DNA of 64,000 nt from Octopus vulgaris (taxonomy: Eukaryota): positions 15,686,001 through 15,750,000 of the forward strand of contig OX597823.1 of NCBI GenBank assembly GCA_951406725.2. Reading direction: 5' to 3'. Both the position numbers and the translations under genes were made by a program. The stretch's first letter is position 1, and the number at the start of each line of letters is the position of its first letter. Below the pieces are notes generated by a model. The model made no database searches, had not been told where the DNA came from, and saw nothing but the letters and a program-made list of their open reading frames with translations. This document shows positions 53,721-64,000 of the stretch, one piece after another.

Positions 53721-53881
53721 TGATATACTAAAGTTAAAATAATGTAGGACATATATAACTACCTCTCCTAAAAAAGTCTCACAACTTCTGGAATGTACTC
53801 ATATATATATATATATATGTATATACATTTCGTTTTTGGATTTGGTTTGCAAGATTCTTTACATGAGTTCGTGTGTTTAAG

Positions 53882-54166
53882 CATATTCTGTTGTGCCTGG
53901 GGAGAGTCATTCTCTTTTAGTGCCTTATTATTTAACATGCTCACCGGTAAAATTTCCACTTATTTCTTATTTTTATTTTCTAAAATTTTCGTTGCCTCTT
54001 GCATCCTTTTCAATAGTCTTGACTCTTGAGAGTCAAGACTATTGAAAAGGTTGCAAGAGGCAACGAAAATTTTAGAAAATAAAAATAAGTGGAAATTTTA
54101 CCGGTGAGTGTGTTAAATAATAAGGCACTAAAAGAGAATGACTCTCCCCAGACACAACAGAATATG
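53882..54166. mobile_element. ~285-bp palindrome (inverted PLE-like pseudo-LTR pair) between (TA)n tracts
   Basis: Arms are symmetric about 54027/54028. Each arm has a hammerhead-like motif reading outward. Confidence 0.75.
54039..54075 (+). ncRNA. Candidate variant minimal hammerhead ribozyme (U3:A8 core); mirror copy at 53980-54016 (-)
   Basis: CUA-UUGAAAA-G-GUUGC-AAGAG-GCAAC-GAA-AAUU-U-UAG. Confidence 0.55.
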
Positions 54167-54215
54167 TATATATATATTATCCGAAATGTGCAGTATTATA
54201 TATCCATTACGGTTG

Positions 54216-54298
54216 ATCTTACCAATTGGTTTCATGCTAGGGGTACAATGGAGTGTTAAGTAACAATCCAATTATATGAGCTTACACTCATCAGAGTT
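54216..54298 (-). ncRNA. Hammerhead ribozyme motif (Penelope-like) with long stem II insertion
   Basis: CUGAUGA-GUGUAAG...CUAGCAU-GAAAC-CAAUUG-GUA. Stem III ACCAAUUGGU is a perfect palindrome. Stem I is weak. Confidence 0.6.
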
Positions 54299-54567
54299 AG
54301 CTGATACACACACACAAATATAAAAATATATAATGATAACAACAACAACAACAATAATAATAATAATTCTTTCTACAGGAGGCACAAGGCCTCAAATTTG
54401 TGGGGAGGGGACTAGTTAATCACATCGACCCCCAGCATTTCACTGATACTTAATTCATTGACCCTGAAAGGATGAAAGCTAAAGTCAATCTTGGCGGAAT
54501 TTGAACTCGTGAAATGCCGCTAAGAATTTCATCTAGCGTGCTAATGATTCTGCCAGTTTGTCGCCTT

Positions 54568-54881
<314 letters not shown>

Positions 54882-55622
54882 GGTATGGTTGTGTGGTAAA
54901 AAGTCTGCTGCCCAATCATTTGGCTCTGTGTTCAGTCCTACTGCATGGTACCTTGGGCAAGTACCTTCTACAATAGCCTTGGGCCAACCAAAGTTTTATG
55001 AGTGGATTTGTTAGATGCAAACTGAAAGAGTTCCAGCATACATAACCAGTCACACTTGGTTATGTTTGTACATGTGGATTGCAGGGGGCGGAAGGGGGGC
55101 ATATTTTCCCTCCTCTCTCACCTCTCTTTGACATGTCAAACATTCCTCCACGTTTTCATCTCTCTCCCTTCTATGGTATTGCTGTATTTACCTGAGAAGA
55201 GCAGAACTGGTGCATCCCCCTTACCAACAGCCCCCCACCCCCCACCCATACTTCTGAACTACTTCCATTCCTCGTGCCCCCAGCCCCCACAATCCCTACC
55301 AGTCGTAGAAAACAAACCAAATATAACATTAGAGATCAACTCTTTCCTATCAAACCTCCCAGTCCATGATAGCATGGAAAGCAGATGTTAAATGATGATG
55401 TATATGTGTGCATTTGTTTAGTGTCTCCTGGCCTTGATTTCAAGGAGTAGTTGGTATCAAATGTCACCATCGAGCAAACATTGTCCTTCATTTCCAGTCT
55501 TCTGTAAAAAAAACGTGTCTGGTTACATGGAATATTACATTACTTGGAAATATTGAAAGGTTGCAAGCAGTGAAATATGAACTTTAAACAATGATGAGGA
55601 TGATAATAACAACAACAACAAC

Positions 55623-55675
<53 letters not shown>

Positions 55676-55802
55676 TAACAATAACAACAACAACAACAAT
55701 AATAATACCAACAACAACAACAACAACAATAATAATAATAATAATGATAATAATAATAATAATAATAATAATAATATATATATATATATATATGCTTCCA
55801 TG

Positions 55803-55848
<46 letters not shown>

Positions 55849-56119
55849 TATATTAGAAGAAATGAGGTACTCAGAAATCTGGATGGTTTAATATTTACAG
55901 ATATTTATTAGTATATTACATGTTTTTATAATTATACAAATCCACTCATAAATATATATGTGTGTGTGTGTGTGCATATGTGCACACACACAAGAGAAAG
56001 CTAAGGTGAGCTGTGGATGTTGGTCCCGGATGAAGAATTTGGAGATTCATTTGAACACTACTAGTGTTTTCCACACTCAATGTATCTAGGTCTCTCCTAT
56101 TGCCTCTGCGTGTGTGTTT

Positions 56120-56156
<37 letters not shown>

Positions 56157-56178
56157 TGTATGTACGTACGCATGTATT

Positions 56179-59100
56179 CAGGGTTGCCAATTTAGCATAT
56201 TTTATAGCTATATCTAGCATTTTGTTTTTCAGCATTTAGCAGAACATTTTTGAATCTAGCATTTAGCAGGGAAAATAGTAGGTTTAAAATTTTATGCACT
56301 ATTTTTTTTAGCATTTTTCTCTGATCATGACATTTCCAAAATAATTACCTCTTTTTCTTCTTTTTCCACTTTCGTTAATGTATCTTATAGCCATATTTTA
56401 GTACCATTGGCTATTGTTGAATTTTTCTTTCACTTTCTTGAAACTTCAAATGAAAGTTTATCAAAAGGAAGTTTGTCAAGTTATGAACTTTTCCAGCCAC
56501 CCCAACCCCATCGGCTTGGATACAGAGTAGTGTTGGTGGGAGGAGGGGGAGAAGATAATTCATGTCAGCACCTGAACTCACTACACAATAATCTAAATAT
56601 GTTGCAAAGAATGAAAGCATAGAAATTTGTTCTAACAATGCTTTATTCTGTGGTGATGAGTTTTTAATATAATAATAATAATAATGAAATTATTGCATAC
56701 AGTGCTCAGGTGCACCACAACTTGTCAGAAAGTGCATATAAAGTACATGCAGTAATGTAGAAATGTCTGGAAAGCAAACAATGTATGAGTCAGATACATG
56801 CTTGTGTGTGTATGGAGGGGAGAAAATCAGGTGTAGTGTTGGCGAATCTCAGGAAGCATGGAAGTTAGCACGACAGGTTGACTGATTTACTTTCAGTTTG
56901 ACTGTTTTAAAATAAGCCTGTGTTTTTTCATGCTTGTTTTGGATTATATATCTTGTGTAGAAGTACGGGGGTGACGGGGTCTCCCCCTTTATATTTCTAC
57001 TTACTTTTTTTTTTTCAAGTATTGTAGTTATAATTGTGGCTTTACCAACAGATATTAAATGTAAGATTGGAAGTGAAATATAAAGCTCCCAGGTTTATAT
57101 CAGAACACAGTTTTAGGATTTCAGAAGATTTTACTTTTCCATTTATAAGTTGGCAACCCTGCATCCTAAATCAGTATTCTTCACCTCAAGGATTTGTAAG
57201 CAGCAAACATAAGAATTGTTAATGATGAATGAAAGAATTGTTAGCGGTAAACTGATAAGTTGTGTTTTCAATTTTATATTTTTATTAATTATTCAATTTA
57301 TTTTCTTGCTTTCCACTACATTATAATGAGCAAAGAAAAAACAAAGTTGTACCAGCAAAAATTCCAAAAAGAATGGCTTAAGTTTCCAGTGTTTACTAAG
57401 TGGTTGTGTGAAGTACCTAGTGACCAATCTAAAGCACATTGCAGATATTGTAGATGTAATATCATCATCATCATCGTTTAATGTCCGTTTTCCGCGCTAG
57501 CACGGGTTGGACGGTTCGACCGGGGTCTGGGAAGCCAGGGGCTGCACCAGGCTTCAGTCCGATCTGGCAGTGTTTCTACAGCTGGATGCCCTTCCTAACG
57601 CCAACCATCTGCGAGTGTAGTGGGTGCTTTTTACGTGCCACCTGCACAGGTGCCGGGGGGGGGTCTGGCATCGGCCACGCTCGGTTGGTGCTTTTAACGT
57701 GCCACCGGCACGGAAGCCAGCCAAGGCGGCGCTGGCATCGGCCACGTTCAGATGGTGCTTTTTATGTGCCACCGGCACAGAAGCCAGTGGCAAAATGTTC
57801 TCTTTTAGTAAGCCACTGTGAAGCAAAAAAACTTAAGGCATCAATTCCTCTTACCAATTTTATTAAAACCAAAAATGATAAGACATCTATGCTTGAAGCA
57901 AATTTAGCAATGTTTATTTGTTGCCACTCATCATTTAATAGCTGTGATCACTTAATAGAGTCATGTGAGAATTATATGTCTGATAGTGATATTATATCCA
58001 AAGAGAAGTTGCTTCGTACAAAATGTGCAAATATTGTGAGAAATGTTCTAGCTCCATATTTTGATGGAGATTTGATTTCTGATATAGGAGATAGAAAATT
58101 TAGCCTGTTATTAGATGAATCCAATGATATATCAATAAACAAGTTGTTACACATTTTTATCGTATATTATAGTGACACTCACAAAAAAGTGGTACATACA
58201 TATTTCAGTATGGTATCTTTAGAAACATGTAATGCAGATGGCATTGTAGATGCCTTAAAAATTGAATTAGTGAAAAAAAAAAATTGGATATAAAAAATTT
58301 ACTGGTTATAGGAACTGACAATGCTAGAGTAATGATAGGAGTCAACAATGGTGTTTTCCAGAAATTAAAAGAAGTTCCATCATTACTTCTATTTAGATGT
58401 GTATGTCATTCTTTACAATTGGCAATATCCAACACTTGTGCTGAATGCTTGCCCATAAATTTAGAATTTTTAGTATCTGAAACCTATAAATGGTCCTCTC
58501 ATTCTTCAACAAGACAAAATGCCTTCAAACAACTTTACCTTGCTATCAATAATAAAGAGCCTTTGAAGATCGTGAATTCTTGTACAACTAGGTGGCTATC
58601 CATAGAACCAACGGTTAATAGAATTTTACGCCAATAGTTTGAATTGCAAACTCGCTTCCAAACTACAACTACAAAAGAAAAATGCTTTACAGCACAAATG
58701 TTACAAGAAATATTTTGTGATTCTAGGAATGAACTTTATCTTTTATTTTTGCATCCTATTTTAAATCATGTTCAGGAAGTGAATAAACTGTTTGAATCAA
58801 ACACTGTTGACAAAACAAAATTACTTGAAGATCTTTCAAATTTGATCAAATCTGTTGCTAATATGATAGTGTTGCCAACATGTAAAATTTGACCCTCTTG
58901 ATCTGGATGAAAAATTTCTGGATCCTAAACCAAATTTAGGCTACAGGTTTGAGAGAAAGATAGCAGAAATGAATATCAAGAAGACTGTAACAGCCACTGA
59001 AGAAAATAATATTTGCAAAAGAGCACAACAATTTTTACTCTGCCTTCATAAAGAGCTCAAGTACCATTTGCCAGGAAATATTAATGTACTGAGGAATATC

Positions 59101-59715
59101 AAATGATTTTCAGTAGAGAATATTTTGCAGCATTTCAAAGAGCCAATTTTACCTGTCTTAGAAGCAATGCATTTAAATGAAAAAAAAATTGCTTCAATTG
59201 AAATTCAGTTTAATAGCATTCATTTAGTTAAATGAACAAATACGTCTAAACTGAAGCATTCTGGCTGGAAGTCTTGGAATATAAAGATGCTACTGGAGGA
59301 AATCCTTTTAGAGATGTTGTAAATTTTGCCATTAATCTATTGACATTGCCAAACTCAAATGTAGAACTTGAATGGTTTTTCAGTAGTATGGGTGTAATCA
59401 AATCAAAATTGAAATGTATCTTCCTATGCTTGGATCAATACTGTCTGTAAAATATGACCTGAAAAGATATGGCAAATGTTGCATAAACTTCGATATTCCA
59501 AAACACATAATTAACAAGATTGGGATCTTGATTGTATACAGAAGTCAAGACCTAGGCACTGCAGCTGAAAGTGATCAAATCAGTGAAATTCAAGAAATTA
59601 CTTTTCAATACTGAACATAATAAAAGAAAGTAAATAAAAATTAAGCTTTTTGTTATAATTAGTCTTTAGCATTTTTTGGTATTTTAGCATAAATTTGGTA
59701 ATTTAGCATAAATTA
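56179..59715 (+). mobile_element. Degraded hAT DNA transposon
   Basis: Left TIR CAGGGTTGCCAA. TTTAGC subterminal repeats at both ends. Right TIR not seen; a SINE is inserted at ~59720. Confidence 0.75.
57326..59614 (+). pseudogene. hAT transposase pseudogene, interrupted by an RTE 3' UTR at ~57460-57790
   Basis: Zinc-finger start YQQKFQKEWL..WL..KAHCRYC; FSLLLDES (D); IGTDNARVM (D); CVCHSLQL; TRWLS; LPNSNVELEWFFS (E/dimerisation region). Stops and frameshifts present. Confidence 0.9.
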
Positions 59716-59919
59716 ATATACACACACTCACATACATGATGGGCTTCTTTCAGTTTCCGTCTACCAAATCTATTCACAAGGGTTTGGTTGGACCAGGGCC
59801 ATAGTGGAAAATACTTGCCAAAGGTGCCATGCAGTAGAACTGAACCTGGAACCATGTTGTTGAGAAGCAAGTTTCTTACCACACGGCCACGCCAGCACCT
59901 CTCTCTCTCTCTATATATA

Positions 59920-60650
59920 TTATCATCTGTTGTCCATGCTAGCATGGGTTAGATGGTTTGACCAGGCTGTTAAGCTGGAAGGCTGCACCAGACTCCAGTC
60001 TGTTTTGTCATGGTTTCTACAGCTGGATGCCCTTCCTAACGTTGACAACTCCAAGAGTGTAATGGATGCTTTTACATACCACCAGCACGGGTGCCATTTG
60101 CATGACACCAGTATCTGCCATGGCTTCAGTTTTATTTGGTTTGATGGGTCTTCTTCTCAAGCATGGCATCATGCCAAATGGACTCAGTCATCGCCTCTGT
60201 GAAGCCCAGAATATTGCCAAATGGTCTTGGTCCTTGCCTCCGTGAGGCCCAACATTCAAAAGGTGCTTTTACTCTCTGCCACATCTGTGATTTTACTTGG
60301 CTTGATGGGTCTTCTTCTCAAGCACAACATAATGCCAATGGTCTTGGTCATTGCCTATGTGAGGCCCAACATTCGAAAGGAGTTTGATCTTAGTCCTTGC
60401 CTCCATGAGGCCCAATGCTTGAAAGGTGCTTTTTATGTGCCACCTGCATGGGTGCCTGTTGCATGACACCAGCATCAGCCACAACTGCGATTTCACTTGG
60501 CTTGGTGGGTCTTCTCAAGCACAGCATATCACCAAAGGTCTCGGTCACTAACCATTGCCTCTGTGAGGCCCAAAGTTTGGAGATCATGCTTCACCACCTC
60601 ATTCCATGTCTTGCTGGGTCTACCTCCTCCACAGGTTCCTTCCACAGGCA
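59920..60650 (-). mobile_element. RTE LINE 3' end with internally duplicated 3' UTR segments
   Basis: Homologous to 24905-25570, with repeated GGGTCTTCT..CAAGCAC..TGTGAGGCCCAA blocks. Confidence 0.8.
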
Positions 60651-60883
60651 AAAGAGATCAATAGAATAAATACCAGGTTTTAAAAAAAAATTGTACTGGG
60701 GTCGATTCATTCAACTAAACCCCTTCAAGGTGGCGCTTTTGCATGACCACAGTTAAATGACCAAAACAATTTAACGATCAAATGTGAAAGATATATGTTT
60801 TCACACACACACGTTTACTTAGATGACGTCACTTAAAAGACTAGTCGTGTTTCTTTCGTTTTCAAATAAATAATATATATACT

Positions 60884-61296
60884 CTCTTTACTCTTTTCTC
60901 TTTTACTTGTTTTCAGTCATTTGACTGCGGCCATGCTGGAGCACCACCTTTAATCGAGCAACTCGACCCCGGGAATTATTCTTTGTAAGCCCAGTACTTA
61001 TTCTATCGGTCTCTTTTGCCGAACCACTAAGTGACGGGGACATAAACACACCAGCATCGGTTGTCAAACAATGCCAGGGGGACAAACACAGACACACAAA
61101 CATACACGCACAAACATATATATACATTTATACGACGGGCTTCTTTCAGTTTCCGTCTACCAAATCCACTCACAAGGCTTTGGTCGGCCCGAGGCTATAG
61201 TAGAAGACACTAGCCCAAGGTGCCACGCAGTGGGACTGAACCCGGAACCATGTGGTTGGTAAGCAAGCTACTTACCACACAGCCACTCCTACGCCT
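60884..61296 (-). mobile_element. Full-length tRNA-derived SINE
   Basis: Head GGCGTAGGAGTGGCTGTGTGG..GGTTCAGTCCC, CORE-like ACCTTGGGC, internal microsatellite, (AAAAGAG)n tail. Confidence 0.9.
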
Positions 61297-61624
61297 ATAT
61301 ATATATGTGTGTGTGTGTGTACATGTTTGTGTGTGTGGGGATGTGGATGGGTTAAGTTATGTCCATCTAATGTATGTGTGGATGTTGATTCTCAATTCAT
61401 CATTCTGTTGAATTTGTAAACAAACGAAACATGACTAGTCTTATTGGATCTTTTAGATTTTTAAATTATCAAAGATTTTCACTCGATATTACTGAGTACT
61501 TATTCTTCGATTGTTCTTCTCCCATTTTTAAAACGGGTATTTCTTATAACTGGGATCTCTTTATGTATTATTTATGTATGTAAATATGCATTATGTATGA
61601 ACGTATATATGTATGTATGTGTAG

Positions 61625-61714
61625 ATAGATATGTTTCTTTATTAGCCACACAGGGCTGCACACAGACGGGACAAATTACAAGGTAGAGCTTTTCTTTTTT
61701 GGGATATCTATATG

Positions 61715-61746
<32 letters not shown>

Positions 61747-61791
61747 GATAGATAGATAGATACATAGATAGATAGATAGACAGATAGATAA

Positions 61792-61862
<71 letters not shown>

Positions 61863-61935
61863 TGTTTCTTTATTAGCCACACAGGGCTGCACACAGACAG
61901 GACAAAATTACAAGGTAGAGCTTTTCTTTTGGTGG
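61625..61935 (-). repeat. Duplicated ~70-bp SINE-tail segment separated by (GATA)n
   Basis: AGATATGTTTCTTTATTAGCCACACAGGGCTGCACACAGAC...GAGCTTTTCTTT at ~61627 and ~61857. Confidence 0.85.
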
Positions 61936-61999
61936 TAAAAGAAGGGGGTTTGGTTTTCGATCAAAAGGGATCGTAAATGGAAAGAAAGAGGACAAAAAA

Positions 62000-62054
<55 letters not shown>

Positions 62055-64000
62055 CGCACACATACACAGAAGCATAGACAAACTTTTACATGTTGCACGC
62101 ACACACACACACACACATACTCTACCACACGTATGCACACAAATCCGTTGGATAAGATCCCTGTTTGGCATAGCTCGACATAAACAAAGCTTGTTCATTT
62201 CGTACTGGTGTCATCAGCAGGTGTGAGTATGTCGTTGTCATGTTGTGACAGGCATGTTGTGACTTACTCCAGTTGGTAGTGGTCTGTTTGTCAGTTTACA
62301 TATCTTCTCTGTCCGTGCTGCCTGCCGGAAATATTCCCTTTTCTTTTTCGTTCACATGTTTGCAGAAGCTCCTTTCAACAAAGAAGAAACAAGAATCCTT
62401 GAGATCTGTGACGGAATTTTGCAATACACACACAAGCACTGGGCTTCTGTATACATATGTATGTTTGAGTTTACAAACAGGAGAAGGGAGTACTCACTAC
62501 ATGTTGTGTAGTATATGCTTATTTTACGAAATAGTGTGTACTTATAGGCATATATATAGTTTAACAAAGCTTGTAAATCGTCGGGGAAAAAAATCACTGG
62601 ATAATTATTAGACGAGAGATTTTATTATTAATATTTATATATTTGAGATTCGTTGAACAGCTAAATGAATGTGTCTCATAAATAAAGACAGTCAGAAGAA
62701 AAGAAGGTTTAGAGGAAGAAAGAAAATTTATCTCCGAACGAGTTATGAAGATAGCCTGAGGAGAAGAGGGAGGCAAGAAAGAAAGAGAGAGAGAGAGAGG
62801 GGAACAAAAAGGAGGGAATAATGAGGGAGGGTGAAAAAGAAAGAGAAAACAAAGGAGAGATTAAGAGGGAGGGAGAAAAAGAAAGAGTGAACAAGGAGAT
62901 ATAAAGAGAGAAAGGAAGAAAGAAAGAAAGAGCAAACGAGGGAAAGATAAAGAGAATGAACGAAGGAAGGAGAAAGAGACACGATGTAATCGATAATACA
63001 ATAAAAGCGAAGAAATCAAACCAGATTCCAAGGTACACGTTCAGTTAATTGACTGCAGTTCTCGCCTCTTTTCGACATCTAATATGATTTTATTTTGACA
63101 CGCAAAAGCCTTTAAGATATCTGTATTTATTTTTTTTTTCTGTTCGTGTTCTTCGGTCGTCTTAATCTTATTTTAATAATCTGATGTTTTCAAGCAGTCT
63201 TCTTGCTCCACCGCGAGGAGAACATAAATTTATGCTACCACCAACGATTTAATCGTGACTTGCATGGGATACAATATATATTTATTTATATATTTTCACA
63301 TTCCTCTAAATATATAAAAGTTCATCTATAAGATCCTACATTGTTTCCCCTTAGTTGCAATGGATTGGGGAACCGATGCGAACAGGTAAGTACCATTTAA
63401 TGCTTGTCACTGTTTTACTTTCTCTTTTTCTTTAAGTCTTGTTTCGAAGCACATGTCGGACTAAAAGTGGGGGTCCAGTATGTATCTAATTTTGGTGGGA
63501 GGTTTTCATTAGCAACGTCCAGCTGGCGTCCTTAGCGCAGCTTATCACAAGCTTAAATTAAAATTCAGTGTGTAAGAGCGATAAACAAACACATATGCTG
63601 GAGAGCCGTAGAATAAAAAAGAAATATCACTTTATTTTACTATTATATCTTGCCCTGTCCTTGCTGGTAAATTATTATAAAAGCCAATTTGAACATGCAT
63701 TAGATATCTTTCGATAGAGCACTGCGTTCTGAGACATGTCATATCATGTTATATATTTCTCCAAGACTTTATGTTTAAATAAAGTACTGACAGTATTATA
63801 AATAAATGGAATTCTAGAGCACCTAACTAGAACATTTTACTGTATATAGTTCAAAGTATCACTTAGTTTTGTCTTTAAAAAATCCCAGTCTTCTACAACA
63901 TAACAAAAGAAAATCTATAGTTATTACTTTTCATAGAGCGAAAGTATCACAGCATTCATCTTCTAACTGGAGACAATCTTGTTATTATTTGAGTGGCAAA

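Noticed and set aside
62175-62222. CUGAUGA...GAAA on the minus strand with an 8-bp stem III
   Set aside because: No stem II, position 17 is G, and no stem I pairing.

Overview
AT-rich, repeat-dense eukaryotic (animal) DNA. The SINE/RTE repertoire and microsatellite load suggest an octopod cephalopod (inference). The only recognisable host gene is proteasome subunit beta type-3 (PSMB3) on the minus strand: an ATG-only exon at 15381-15383, exons at 12360-12547, 7420-7527 and 3326-3503, and exon 5 running off the left edge. The rest is transposon debris: RTE, CR1, R4-like and Penelope-like retroelements, tRNA-derived SINEs, Chapaev3, hAT and Tc1/mariner relics, several MITEs, a non-autonomous Helitron, and mini/microsatellites. 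Two observations stand out. (1) Several minimal type-I hammerhead-ribozyme motifs of Penelope type sit in short, often palindromic elements between (TA)n tracts. Their core 3:8 base pair appears as C:G, G:C and U:A, which looks like covariation. (2) A 1.46-kb ORF1-only (HAL1-like) non-LTR element with an open zinc-knuckle ORF and a 13-bp target-site duplication is inserted in the tRNA-like head of a SINE. All family assignments and RNA folds come from reading motifs by eye; no searches were run.
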